This document shows positions 45,785 to 60,004 of a stretch of 64,000 nt of DNA, in pieces. The stretch lies in NCBI GenBank assembly GCA_964016885.1, contig OZ024742.1:332754001-332818000 (forward strand), given 5' to 3'. The notes under the pieces are model-generated. The model saw only the letters and a program-made list of their open reading frames with translations. It was not told the DNA's origin and did no database searches. The position numbers and the translations under genes were made by a program. Source of the DNA: Eledone cirrhosa (lineage: Eukaryota). The stretch's first letter is position 1. The number at the start of each line of letters is the position of its first letter.

Positions 45785-48450
45785 GAGTGTCTCTCCCTCT
45801 GTGCGTGTGTGTGTGTGTGAGAGTGTGTTACAAAATGTCAGCAGCTAAGGGAGAATTTGATGTTTTAACGACTAGCACTTCACTGGTACATTATTTTATC
45901 AACTTTTGGAAGAATGAAAGACAAAGTTAACATTGGAAGTATTTGTACTGAGGACGTAGAATATCCTAACTAAATACTGCGTAATAATGGTAGAAATGGG
46001 TAAAACCAAATACATGGTTATTCCGGTTTTAATGTGAAGTAAACTATTTAAACACTTGGTCAAATCAAGTGATCCATTTCAATTATCAAAAACACATTTT
46101 GTTTGATATATTTGAATTCATTGATAATAGATTAATTATTGTACCGTACTCTAGGTTTGAATTTACTTGGCATTCATAAATGTATCAACACTAGCTTAAT
46201 GATTGACGGTTTTTATCTGACAGATTTGTAGTGTTAAAATAATTGTTTTATGAAAGGCGTTACATTGCAAATTTAGATGTTCAGTTTACACAATTACATT
46301 ATATTTTATGATATTGCGAAATTAGGAGTCTTTTTTTAAAGAAAGAATATTGAGTGTAATTATAGCGACAAGTATTCCACATACTTTTCAATACTTCTAA
46401 TAAAGTAAATATTTGAAAGCTTATGATTATATCTAGTTGAGATATCTATTATAAGACATATTATAATACTTTCAAAAAATATTACCCCCCATATACATAT
46501 ATATATATATGAGTGTGTGTGTTCTTATTTTATTAACATTTGTTTCAAAATTTAAAGCACATTGAAGAATATGCCTTTTTTTTAAATGTATGTTAAAATA
46601 TTTATCTATTGGATATGTTATTATCTAGTTGCATTTGTTACCAACATTTGTTGAGAACAATGTATATATTTGTTATTATATGATATATTTAAGCAAACCT
46701 TATATTTATTAGGTGCTAGAATTTCATTTCCAATTCGGATTAATATAGTTTTATTCTAAACATTTTCCTTATATCTTCATTATTTCACTTTTTGAAGGTA
46801 TTGGATTACTAGTTAATATTCCAGAGATTCAAGCTAGCATCGTCTGTTTTTAAATTCCTAAACCCATTTTCGGGCATGATCGAAATTAGTTAGTTGTTAT
46901 AGTTAAAGAGACCGTAAGAGATGAATAGAGCCTCTTCTGTTGTGACTGACGTTGGCTTTGCAAATCGAGGCAGTGTGTTTTGTAGAAGACCAATAATCGA
47001 CTATGCATGGCAGTCTCTTCTGTCCACGAGAATCGAGATAAGAGACTACTTGAACTAGTTTACTGAACTTACAATGATCAAGAGCCCAACACATTAATCA
47101 CTAAGCCATGCGCCTCTACAGTTACATAGCAAATTCTGTTTCTCTGTAACATATACACCACAGTACTTTGTCCCATTTCTAATGCTAGTGCCTTATCTAT
47201 TATTGAACGTAAATACCGGTGGACTCTTTTTTAACTCTCGATTCTCAAATATTTTTCGAAACTAATGTATTATGTTCTAGAGAGTTCTCAGTTCCCAGTG
47301 TATATGTGTATCCTACAAGAAAAGTTGGTACCATACCTGTTTCCTCAAACCAACAAATATATACATATTCTCCACAGATATCTGTGTACGTATAAAACTA
47401 CAAACCAACATTAATATCTATAACTCTTATGTGTGAGTAAGTTTCTCACTTCCCAATGGTGTGATTCTGGCTTTAACCCCACAGGCGTGGTACATTGGGC
47501 AACTGTTTACAACTATAGATTTGTTTGACAAATGCCTTGTCAGTTGAGTTTTGTACACGGATTATGTTGTACTCTTATATTTTGATCAAGTTGTATCAGC
47601 GAGTATCTATTTCAGTATGTCGGAGATTTATAGATACAATGTACAAAATTCAACTCACAAGATACTTGTCAACACGAAACTATAGTAGAAAACATCTAGC
47701 CAAAATTGCACGAACCACATCATTGCGAAGCGAACCTCTTGCCCGAACTTACGATATATAAATATTCGTTAATTTGAAGATATATATGTTAGCAAACATT
47801 TATCGATGTATTGAGACCAAGTTGTCAGGTCACTATCAAGCACTACTGGCAACATGTATACCGATGGTCGGGACATCGGTAACTAACCGGGAAACGCCAC
47901 CAAACTTGCTTGCATGGCGAAGAAGGTAATTTTTGAACATCCTGCGTGATTGAAACAAAACCTCTCAAAAGGTGAAAGAAATTGCCTCCGAATAGCTGCG
48001 ACGTACATGACCGATAATTGAGAGAACCATGCACTGTTGCCCAGCAACTTATGGCCCGCGATGCAGTCACCGGAACAGTTTTAGAGGGTCGCTCAATATT
48101 TATGTTTCTTGATTTGGTAATGCAAATTATAATTATTGGACTTCGGCTGTGCCACATTCATACTCTTAAAAGAATATAACTGGTTGGGCTACAAGATATT
48201 GGACTGGTCTTCCAATTACCAAGCTACAAAAACAGTGCGAGGCAAATATATATATAATTAAGACAGATTTTTGAAGGGGATCTGGAAGAAAGCATATATA
48301 GATAATTCTTTCATTATATTATTTAAGAAAATGCAAGTTTATTTCTTATAGAAGCGACGCCTGCAGGACTAGAACTCTTTCGTTATTTATGTTTCTGAGG
48401 ATTACAACGGAGTGAAACAGATCTAGCAGCTGAGAGGTAAATGTTGAATG

Positions 48451-48535
<85 letters not shown>

Positions 48536-48538
48536 AAT

Positions 48539-50761
48539 ACAAACCTCTCAGCCCAACAAGTAAAAATTCTCTCCAAAGGTCTGAAATTCACACCAACACC
48601 ACAATATCCTAACCCCAACGAGATAAATGACGATATCTCACACTTCTGTAGAAAATTACGTCTCACAGAGGAATTCTTTGACAAGGAGAATAACGACGAA
48701 TCAATTGTACGGAATAAAAGCAGCTACAACCCAACAAAAGGTAGAAACAGAGTTCTGGACAAATTTTGTGACCACATAGCTACCTTCCCATACCATGAAC
48801 TACCGCAACCTAAACCCAAACCCAACACAAGTCGAAGGGAATGGGAGATTATCCATGAACTAAAAAACAATCCGGACATTGTAATTAAGGAAGCGGACAA
48901 GGGAAGTACTGTTGTCATTATGGAGGCTGAAAAATATAAAAATTCTATGTTCTCTCTCTTACAAAATGCTAATTACTATGAAAGAGTAAAAAACTACCAG
49001 CAATCAAAAATAATGACCAAATTAAACACACTGATTTATCGATACCAGGAAGACCTAACTAAAAAGGAACGCGATTATTTAACAAATTTTGAATACAAAA
49101 CCAGCAACCTTTACGGACTTCCGAAGATCCACAAATGTAAAATAATCAACGATGCCTGTAAACAATCCACCTCAGCCTGCGTGAACACACAATACCCCAC
49201 AGACCTTAAATTAAGACCAATTGTAGCGGGCCCACAATGTGAAACACACAGATTGAGCAACTTTATAGACATACTACTGAAACCAATACTGAAACACATA
49301 CCAAGCCTTGTAAGAGACGATCTGGACCTCTTAAACCACCTCCCCAAACATGTCAACAACGACACTATTATTGTGTCTTTCGATGTAGTGAATCTCTACA
49401 CAACGATCCCACACCAATACGGACTAGAAGCAATAGGATTCTGGCTAGAGAAATATCCCAATGAGATACCTGACAGAATAGAAAAAAGCTTCATCACCGA
49501 GGGATTAAAATTCATCCTACAGAACAACTTTTTTGATTTCGATGGCAATACTTACAAGCAAATATCGGGGACTGCGATGGGCACAAAAGCCGCTCCAACT
49601 TATGCCAACTTAGTCATGGCATACTTAGAAGTCCAGATATATGAACAGTCCAAATCAAAATACGGATTGAACTTCCACAAATATTTATCAGAGAATTGGA
49701 AACGCTACTTGGATGATTGCCTCATTCTTTGGTCCCACACACTCGACCAACTGAAGGATTTCAAAAACTTAATAAACGGCATCAATAACCACATCCAATT
49801 CACAATGGAATACAGCCAAGATCAACTCCCATTTCTGGACATCTTAATCACCAAAAAAGACACAAATATCGAAACTGACATACACTACAAACCAACAGAT
49901 TCCAAACAATATCTGCTATTCACATCCAACCATCCAAAGCACACGAAGACGAACATTCCTTTTAACCTAGCAAGAAGAATTTGCACAATTGTCTCCAATT
50001 ATGAAACGCGAAATAAAAGACTTCAAGAATTAAAGGAAATTCTACTTGAGAGAGAGTACCCACTATTACTAATAAATAATGGAATAGAAAGGGCTAAAGC
50101 AATAGGCATTGATGAATTACGGAAACAGAAACAAATTCAAGGTACGTCCAATATTCTATCATATATCTCAACACACAACCCAAGAAATGCGGAAGCTTAC
50201 AACACTATTCACAATAACATCCCACTACTAAAACAAAACCCAAGAATGAAAAAAGCCCTTGAAACACACAAAATAATCAAAAGCAAAAGACAACCAAAAT
50301 CACTGAAAACATTACTCACCAATGCCAAATTACCTACCACAAACCCACAACCAAGTATCAAAAAATGTGGTCGCTCTAATTGTGGAACCTGCACTCACCT
50401 CATTGAAGGCAACACGTATACATTTAAATCAGGACAAAATTTTACTGTAAAAAATCACTTCACTTGCTCATCAAAAAATCTAATTTATGCCATTAAATGT
50501 AAAGGATGCAATGAAGATTATATAGGACAAACTAAACTCACACTCAGAAACAGAATGACAGTTCATCGCCAACAATTACGAGATCCAACCACGAGACAAA
50601 TACCACTAAGTGCACATCTAGACATTTGCGCAAGTAATAAGACACCCAAATTCCAAGTCTTCCCATTTTACCTTTGCGCTAACAATACAACAGAACAAAT
50701 GCGAATAAATAAGGAAAATATGTTTATTCAAAAATATAGACCAACATTAAATAAGGTTTAA
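48539..50761 (+). CDS. Penelope-like retroelement RT + GIY-YIG endonuclease (Neptune-like); uninterrupted 740-codon frame, 5'-truncated
   Basis: The frame is open upstream of the listed ATG (LSKGLKFTPTP, IKEADKG); LYGLPKIHK, RPIV, SFDVVNLYT, GTAMG, RYLDD, LPFLD, CGRSNCGTC, LIY..YIGQT. Confidence 0.95.
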   Translation, partial: TNLSAQQVKILSKGLKFTPTPQYPNPNEINDDISHFCRKLRLTEEFFDKENNDESIVRNKSSYNPTKGRNRVLDKFCDHIATFPYHELPQPKPKPNTSRREWEIIHELKNNPDIVIKEADKGSTVVIMEAEKYKNSMFSLLQNANYYERVKNYQQSKIMTKLNTLIYRYQEDLTKKERDYLTNFEYKTSNLYGLPKIHKCKIINDACKQSTSACVNTQYPTDLKLRPIVAGPQCETHRLSNFIDILLKPILKHIPSLVRDDLDLLNHLPKHVNNDTIIVSFDVVNLYTTIPHQYGLEAIGFWLEKYPNEIPDRIEKSFITEGLKFILQNNFFDFDGNTYKQISGTAMGTKAAPTYANLVMAYLEVQIYEQSKSKYGLNFHKYLSENWKRYLDDCLILWSHTLDQLKDFKNLINGINNHIQFTMEYSQDQLPFLDILITKKDTNIETDIHYKPTDSKQYLLFTSNHPKHTKTNIPFNLARRICTIVSNYETRNKRLQELKEILLEREYPLLLINNGIERAKAIGIDELRKQKQIQGTSNILSYISTHNPRNAEAYNTIHNNIPLLKQNPRMKKALETHKIIKSKRQPKSLKTLLTNAKLPTTNPQPSIKKCGRSNCGTCTHLIEGNTYTFKSGQNFTVKNHFTCSSKNLIYAIKCKGCNEDYIGQTKLTLRNRMTVHRQQLRDPTTRQIPLSAHLDICASNKTPKFQVFPFYLCANNTTEQMRINKENMFIQKYRPTLNKV

Positions 50762-51908
50762 TATACATTATGTCAACACCACAATATGACATACACACAC
50801 ACACATAACACCTACTTTAGAAAATAAAAACCCGAACTAAATAAACCTTAAACATACGTTTGCACTGGCAATACAACAGCAAACACGAAAAAGTCAGGAA
50901 AATATGTTCATTCAAAAATATTCCTACTAAAGGAATCATTTTCCTACACACACACATACACACAAACAATATATATATATATATATATATTCTCTTCATC
51001 TTATCATGCTAACCATACTCCCACACACATAACACCCATACACACACATAAAAAACCCCACACCTACAACACCCTCCCCATTTCTACTAATAGAACCACT
51101 TTCCTACACACATATATATATACACACACACAAAAAATATATATTCTCTCTATCTAACATACTCGCACACACACACATAACACCCATATACACACACACA
51201 CAACTCCCTCCCCCATCTCTACTAATAGAATCATCTTCCAATACACACATACACACACACATACACACACATACACACACACAAGCACACAAATAAACAC
51301 ATATCTTCAGTCTCAATAGAAAATCTGAACTCTGACACCTGAACTCTGACAGCTGACCATATTCACTGAACCAGAACATTTCTCCCAATCCCTTTTCCCT
51401 TGACCACTATCTCTCCATTGTCATAACATTCACTATAAAGACTACAGAATAGTTTTCCAAATAAGGGCGCAAAAATGTAATGAAAACTTGTTCACGTGAC
51501 AGCCAAATTTCATTTATAACCAACCAAAAAAAAGCCTTCGTGAGCCTCATTTTTTCAAGTAAAAAGAAATTCAAACACTCATATATGAAAAAACAACCTG
51601 TGACAACCCCCCCCCCCCTCTCTTATTTGAAGAACTATTGTAACGCGAACTGGCGCGAAATTTATTATAATTATTGACAAACCAATCAATTTACTTCTCG
51701 AAAAACCTGGTTTTCGAGCCAGTTTTTCCATATAAAACAAGTAACAGTTAGAGACCAACCAGATGTGAGAAAAACCACAGACCCTCCATCTCAACTCACC
51801 TTTTGAAAAGCAGAAGAACTGCGAAACCGGTAAAGGAACCAAATAAATATATATATTTAAAAAAAAATAAGACTTCAGTTGCATTTTCGATTTCATCCCT
51901 TTTTCTTT
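50762..51908 (+). mobile_element. 3' UTR / pLTR of the Neptune-like PLE
   Basis: Homologous to 43310-44853; CA-rich sub-repeats, CACGTG and CCAAT motifs, terminal HHR; ends in (TA)n. Confidence 0.88.
51799..51836 (+). ncRNA. Minimal type I hammerhead with U3-A8 core (copies at 44746-44782 + and 41554-41590 -)
   Basis: CCTT-TTGAAAA-GCAG aagaa CTGC-GAAA-CCGG-TA-AAGG; palindromic stem III typical of PLE minimal HHRs. Confidence 0.75.
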
Positions 51909-51937
51909 ATATATATATATATATATATACACATATG

Positions 51938-52003
<66 letters not shown>

Positions 52004-52047
52004 CACATATATATACATATATGTATGTATATATATATACACACACA

Positions 52048-52118
<71 letters not shown>

Positions 52119-52119
52119 G

Positions 52120-52186
<67 letters not shown>

Positions 52187-52306
52187 ACAGACACATATAT
52201 ATATATATACATATATGTATGTATATATATATATATACAGACACACATATATATATATATATATCTATATATATACACATATGTATATATATTTATATAT
52301 ATATAA

Positions 52307-52337
<31 letters not shown>

Positions 52338-52440
52338 CATATATGTATGTGTATATATATATATATATATATACAGACATATACATATGTATATATATAT
52401 ACACATTTGTATGTATATATATATATATATATATACAGAC

Positions 52441-52494
<54 letters not shown>

Positions 52495-53113
52495 GTATGT
52501 ATATATATACAGACATATATATATATATAATTGTTTCTACTTTTGGCACAGGGCCAGCAATTATTCAGTACATTACTGGTACTTTATTTTATATATATAT
52601 ATATAATATTAGCATATGTATGTCCACGATGTATTTATAAGTAAATCGAAATGCACCCAATGACCGATTCTCTACATCAAACGAGAGTGTTATTAAGGTA
52701 ATCTACTTCAAACGGATTTAACTGGATTAATACATGGAATGCACACTCACACACATGCGAAAAGAATTATGTAGCATTCATACACACACACAAATAGATG
52801 TATCATACATATTTACGTATTTATATATATATATTTAATACATTAACAGAGAAAGCTTTAAGCAATACTCTGACTGGCTTCCATCTCATTCAACAAACAT
52901 TAGGATATACCTTAGTATAATCCCAATTTTACGTTTGGGGTGCTAACTATATGTATTTTGCGGATAGCCAGTTGTATTATTTTATATGAGACATATCCGT
53001 ATATATATATATATGTATATATATATGTATATATATGAATATATATATATATATTATGTGTGTATATATATATATATATATTATGTATATATATATATTA
53101 TGTATATATATAT

Positions 53114-53166
<53 letters not shown>

Positions 53167-54074
53167 ATATATATATATAGTAGATATATATGTGTGTGTA
53201 TATATATATAGTAGATATATATGTGTGTGTGTTTGTTTATATATATATAGTAGATATATATGTGTGTGTGTGTGTATATATATATACTAGATATATATGT
53301 GTGTGTGTGTGTGTGTATATATAGTAGATATATATGTGTGTGTGCGTATGCATATATAGTAGATATGTATGTGTGTGCGTGTGTGTGTACACAAAAGCAA
53401 AATCATTTATCATACATACACAGTCACATACACCAAAGGGTTTAAAGAATGCGAGTAAAAATACTCAATTTATGCATTAGAGATATTATAATTAATAATT
53501 ATCGGAATTATTATTATTATTGTTGTTTCTGTTGTTGTTTTTGAGTGCTCTTGTTACTGTTGTTTTTGTTGTTTTTATTGTAGTTGTTGTTGACGGTAAT
53601 GATGATGATAATGACGACGATGATAACGTTATTAAAATGGAAGAAAGACATAGTGCACCGAATGACCTGGTGTTGGCTAAGCTGTACACACTTCCACCAA
53701 ATATATCTATTTAATCCATCAATAGCCCACCTTAAATGACGGTTGCCAGCCCTTCCTCCACCGTCATCCTAATACCAAGAACACTAGGAAATACTTCAAC
53801 AACAATAACAATGTTAGAGAAATAAAAACAATACAAACAGAAAATTGGTTTAATCCTTCTTTCGCAATGTTATCTTTAACTTTAGTAAGCATGTAGATAT
53901 ATGTATGTGTCAGACATGGCTGTGTTGTTATGGAGGCCGCTTTGTAATCATTTGGTTTCGTGTTCAATTTCACTTCAAAGCACATTGTTCAAGTGTTTAC
54001 TCATATTATTTCGGATTTTCCAATACGTTAACTTAAACATTTGGACGAGGGGGAATGGGGGGTTTAGTCCATCG

Positions 54075-54615
54075 TGCACACACGCACACACACATACACA
54101 CACATATATATATATATCCGAAATAAATTTAGTTAAATTAAATTAAATGTGTCATGTCAGGGACACGCGCCATATCCACTGTAGAATAAGCTCAAAGATT
54201 CCACTGAATAGAACTGAGCATTTTATATCAACTAGAAATTGATAGACACATGCACACGCACATACACACACATATATATATATATATTTATATATCCGAA
54301 ATAAATTTAGTTAAATTAAATTAAATGAAATGTGTCATGTCCGGGACACGCGCCATATCCACTGTAGAATAAGCTCAAAGATTCCTCTGAATAGATCCGA
54401 GCATTTTATATCAACTAGAAATTGATAGACACATGCACACGCACATACACACACATATATATATATATATTTATATATCCGAAATAAATTTAGTTAAATT
54501 AAATTAAATTAAATGTGTCATGTCCGGGACACGCTCCATATCCACTGTAGAATAAGCTCAAAGATTCCACTGAATAGATCTTAGCATTTTATATCAACTA
54601 GAAATTGATTGACAT
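54075..54615. repeat. ~180-bp tandem repeat, 3 copies
   Basis: ATCCGAAATAAATTTAG at 54116, 54294 and 54477. Confidence 0.95.
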
Positions 54616-54887
54616 ATATATATATATCTAAAATAAATTCCTGAAACAATCACATGGGATAATTTGTAAAGTGTGTAATCACACACAGCTAGGTAGGTAA
54701 CTAATTAAAGTTTAACTAGATCTTCAAATATTACCTTAATAGGTAATATTTGACGATCTAGTTAAACTTTAATTAGTTACCTACCTAGCTGTGTGTGATT
54801 ACACACTTTACAAATTATCCCATGTGATTGTTTCATGTGTTTATTTTAAATATATATATACATGTCAATCAATTTCTAGTTGATATA
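54590..54887. repeat. Long palindrome, ~147-bp arms, 4-nt loop
   Basis: Axis ...ATATTACCT TAAT AGGTAATAT... at 54737-54740; the inner ~95 bp of the arms are nearly identical. Confidence 0.95.
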
Positions 54888-55399
54888 TATATATTTATTT
54901 ATTTATTTAAATTAGAATTTAGCTTCGAACATAGCTGTATATAATTATGTATTTGAATTTCGTTTTTCTTTAGAAATACGAAATTCAAAGATATATATAT
55001 TTTTATGTGTGTCTACGTCTGTCTGTGTCAGTGTGTGTGTTCATGTTTGTGTGTGCTTGTTGTGTCTGTATTTTTGTACACATGTGTGTGTGTGTATTTA
55101 CATTTATATCTGTTTTACTGTATATATCCTGTGATAGGGATTTGACACAAAGATGTTCATAAAATCATCAAATCCATAAAATATATAACAAATCCATAAA
55201 ATATATAACGTATCTGGACGGTACTTCCCAAGTTCGAGAGGGCTACACTTTTTACATATGATCTTATAGATCAGCTGGACTAAAATCTGTAAACACAAAC
55301 CTCCCCTTAGTTGAATTAAACACATCTTCCCCACCAAAATCAGTAAGCTGCCCACCTTCTACCATTTTATCATTACACAATAAACAAGCACAAATTGAA

Positions 55400-56470
55400 T
55401 GGCATAAACGGTCCTTTCTATAACATAACTTGGATTCTCTTGAGATGTTTCAAACATCTCCTTCCCCCTTTTGCTGGAACCTTAAACGGCTCATAACAAT
55501 TAATTAACAGACTAAAACAATTTAACCGCACCAGACACAGAATTGATACCCATTTTAGTTTAGACATAATTTACCACTACAACTGTGTACCCGCCCCTCC
55601 CCTGTCCATTGATTTAATTATGGAATACTTCATCGATACTACCGACCTCAATTAAATTTGGCTATCAGCTGCTCACTGGCTGCTCTCTATCGTCATATGC
55701 AACAACTTCATCCAACTTGAAGGCTCCATCTGAAAACAAATTTCAGGACTTTCGTTGGGGTCAAGTCCGTCAGACAGCTGGCCATCCCGGACAAGGATCA
55801 GTTGGAGTGCACAGCACACATCGCCTGCCGCCATTGTTCCTGAATCTCCAGATACGTGGATGATATTCTTATGCTCACTTGAGCAAGTGAAGAAGCCGTC
55901 AACATTTACATCATCAAAAACTTAGACGCATACGGGAAATTTGAGGTTGAGTACCCAGACACCACTGGTTCCATTTCTCTACTCGACTTTACACTAATAA
56001 TCCCAAATGAATTATCCATATAGACCACATTTTATAAGAAGGACGCCTGCATTGACATTTTTGTGCGCCATGACCTTGACTGCCCTTCTGTACAGATCAA
56101 AAATTGTCTATACAGAGACTTCTCGGATACGTTACAGATTTAGCGTGGGTAGCGGCTGACATACTAGCACGGTGGAATTCCAGAGAGTTCTCTCCGAAAA
56201 TGGTTACACAACTGTCGTCAAACACCAAAATGACAAGCTACGAACACTTAAAAGAACAAGGAGGGGACGAGCACCTAGAGATAAATACTTCCTAAATATG
56301 TTACATTTAAATGAGGGAGCGGTAGGTGCCATCAGATAAACCATCCGTAGTAAGGAAGTGAGTATACAGCTGGCACACTCGCGACACTCTTCGAGGAGGT
56401 TGCTCCATAGTCACCAACCAACATATGTGCACACTTCCTAATTGTTCCAATAACAACGCAGAATTGATCT
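55400..56470 (+). pseudogene. Old, decayed Penelope/Poseidon-like PLE RT fragment
   Basis: SRYVDDILMLT at ~55848, EYPDTTGSISLLDF and TTFYKK align with the 32156-33507 element; boundaries are approximate. Confidence 0.7.
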
Positions 56471-57324
56471 GATGATGTTAGTTCCACATACTCTTAATAA
56501 TAAAAAAAATGGCAACGAAATCTCCTTCCAACCAGAAAATATAGGTACATCTAGTATTAACTTGATTACCTCTAAAGACAGTTTAAAGTATTTAGGTCCT
56601 GATCGTCAGCGAAGAGTGGATTTCTCGATCAAGCTTGATCTGGGGCTGAATATCATGATTGGGTGATTGATAAAATTGATATAGGTGGATTTTAATTTTA
56701 AACTGCAAAGTAAGATAGATATTTTTAAAGTGATCTTTAATTTCCATTATCAAAGTCACATTGTTAGATATTTTGTTTGTTGACCATCCTGACAATTTGT
56801 TGTTGTTATTGTTGTCACGATTAAAGACAAGTATGTCCAGCCTCCCATGTGGTTGCATCGCATGGGAAGTTATTAAATGATTTTATATCACGGTGTCCAG
56901 TCCTATTATGTCACATTTTTAGGTGGTATATGAACTCACAACGCAGATAGTTAGAACAGATAGCATCAGATGCTCGAAAAATTTCACTAGTTCACCACAC
57001 TGGACTGGTATTTGATTTATCTCCTTCAAAATCATGAGACGTCGAGTTGTCACCAATTGAAATTGAACTCAGAGAGCACTGAAACGGAAGAAATGCTGTA
57101 AGGTTACGTCTCAAGAAAAAGCTTTCGAAATTAAATAGATAGAAAGCTGGTTGTGTCTACTATTATTCAAGTACAAAACATGTGTATACCAGCAACTTTA
57201 CTGTACTGTATTTTAAGCTGCTTACTCTTATAGAAAAATCGCGATTCATTCTTTTTGTGTATGTCAATATACGAAAGTAACATTATTAGATATTTCAACT
57301 GTTTAAGCAAAATGCAAAAGTCAC

Positions 57325-57354
57325 CTTGTCTACATTTTGATGTCATGTGACCAC
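57325..57354 (-). CDS. Candidate 30-nt micro-exon
   Basis: tttcctttcgtctcacag|GTGGTCACATGACATCAAAATGTAGACAAG|gtgact: canonical splice signals and a length divisible by 3. Confidence 0.3.
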
Positions 57355-58668
57355 CTGTGAGACGAAAGGAAATCTGGGAATTACAGAAAAATCTAAATTT
57401 GCTGGATAGATTGTCTGTATTCGAAATTTTACATATGTTCTGAAGATATCTGTAGTTTACAGCCCCAACTTGCATTACTTTATGTTCACAATGTTTATAT
57501 CTAACGACAAGCACCATAATCGATTGCATGGAAGTTAGTATAGAGGGATTGAAACAGTTAATATCACCACAACTCTCTTGAGATGACCACTACATACTCC
57601 AGGCAAATTACTTGATGAGAATGAAACACTTTTCATTTCACACAACCGAATGCTATTCTATTGCACGAAATAGATTGACAGGCAATAAACATATATTCCT
57701 TTAGCAGTGATGATCAATACAGGACGCTGATTTAAAACTTGAGCATTTTCTAAGGAATCATATAGATTTTATACGACACTGGCAGCTATCAGTTCGCCGA
57801 AAACTAAATACTTTACATCAAACCTGACGGGAGTCATCTATATTATCATGGAATAAAGCCTGCTATATTTAACTTACACATTGGGGTAACGCAAAGTTTG
57901 ATTTAAAAGATAATAGATTAGCATTTCCCCCATGGTAAAATTCATTAACTATATTAGATTTCACTCGATTAGTTGATTCTTGCGGTGACCTGGGAAGCCT
58001 TAAAACTTGGAATTCTGAAATAGCCTTGCTTCCGAAAATTTTCGGGATTCAGAAAGCTGCAAATCTTCAGGATATGTTCGAGAACAAGACTATCATGATA
58101 GCATATTGGAAGCCTAAATGAATAGTAGAAAGGTTTCCTAAAATAATGACAGAAGATATATACATTTACTTTCTTTGTATTTCTAATAACTCTATTTTCA
58201 CCTGTTTCTTCGTTGTAACTAGTTGTAAATCAGGATAGGATTTCGAACTCTGATTGAGTTCCTATCACTTCAAGTATGATATTAATCACGACTTTGAAAA
58301 TTAAGATTTATATATATATCTTATATATATATAAAACACATTTTCTTATTGTGTCTCTAAAGTATAGCAGCTGAAATACCAACCCCAGGAAATTAGTTCA
58401 TGGCGTGATATTAAATTCAAGAGAGAAATAAATTGCATTGCAAGTTCAAATTATTATAGTAACCAAAATACAATATTCATTTTTATAATTAACTACCCAG
58501 TCACCAATAATAGGATTTCCTGCTTCTACCATAATCATTTACGCCTACTACTAGGCACGTGAAGAATACCTCACGAATACAAACATTTTGTTTCAGAATT
58601 TGGAGCTGAGAAAGCTTCGAAACATTAATAGACACATACATTTGGCAGAGCTACTTCTACCCACCCAT

Positions 58669-58776
<108 letters not shown>

Positions 58777-59925
58777 ATGGCTTCGGAAATAGATATTTAT
58801 ATTAACTATTTAGGACACCTACACCAGAATTTCCATAGTATCGAGTACATAGCTGCGTACTTAACTGAACAATGGACTTATTAATATTAGCTGGTAGCCC
58901 TCAATCTCTCCCCCTCTCTCTCTTTCTCTCTCTCTCTTTCTGTCTCTCTCTCTCTCTCTTTATATATATATACAGAGTGCGAGAGAGAGAAATAGAGATA
59001 GAGAAGGGGGAGATAGAGAGAGAGAAACTTTATCTACGAAAGACAGGTAAAGATATTGGATTAAACGATTGGAACTCAGCATGTTAGAAAACTTGTCCAA
59101 CGCTATATACTCGAATTAACTGAGAAACACATCCAAAACATAAATGTAATGAATATTTTCTCCACACAAGACAGCAATTTCTGTAAATAAAGCAATTTCT
59201 GTAAATACTGCATGCAACATGTACTAAGATTGTAAAGTCGAAGTTCTAAGAAACAGGAATATTATCATAGAACGACCAACAAATTTATCAAATTGATTAA
59301 ATTGCCCAATCACTGACAAATGAAAATCCCATTAAGAATGTTAACTAAAGAAGATTATATATACAATAACATGAGAGGCAGAAAGAAGAAGAAAGAGAAG
59401 TAAAAGGTAAAAGAAATATAAAAAGAGAGATGGATTGAAAGAAAAGTGTACACCCCTGTCCTGATCATATATTTCAGTTGCAACCTGAATATTTGTTGAT
59501 GAAAACATTGCCGTAGACTACAACGAACGAAGGTACGTTCATAGGCCATTCTAACACGCAAGCATCCTTCATCATTTATGGTGCGCTGCTCTCAATATGG
59601 TGTCTGCCACAAAAAGGAAACGGTCAGTCAATGCTTCGTAATTCCACCATCGGGCAAGCAATAAATCATTTGAAATTATAGAAAACTAAAAAAGAAAATG
59701 GCTGTAGGCTTAGCATAGTTTTGTAATTAAGAAGTGCGTTTCATAACCTCGTGTTTTGGGGGTTCAGTGAATATGTGAGTAGGTGACGTCTACTATAACT
59801 CTGGGTTGATCAATGCCATGCGAGTGAAATTTGGCGAGCGGAATGTTTTTGAGGATACATAATTTATTATTAATCTCTACAAACTAATTAATAGTATTGC
59901 ATTTCATTCATGTCTCCCAAGGGAG

Positions 59926-59998
<73 letters not shown>

Positions 59999-60004
59999 AT
60001 AATT

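Noticed and set aside
47843-48157. 104-aa non-repetitive ORF in a GC-richer patch
   Set aside because: No recognisable motif or clear splice boundaries; cannot be supported.
48724-50394. Antisense ORFs over the PLE coding region
   Set aside because: Shadows of the sense RT frame.
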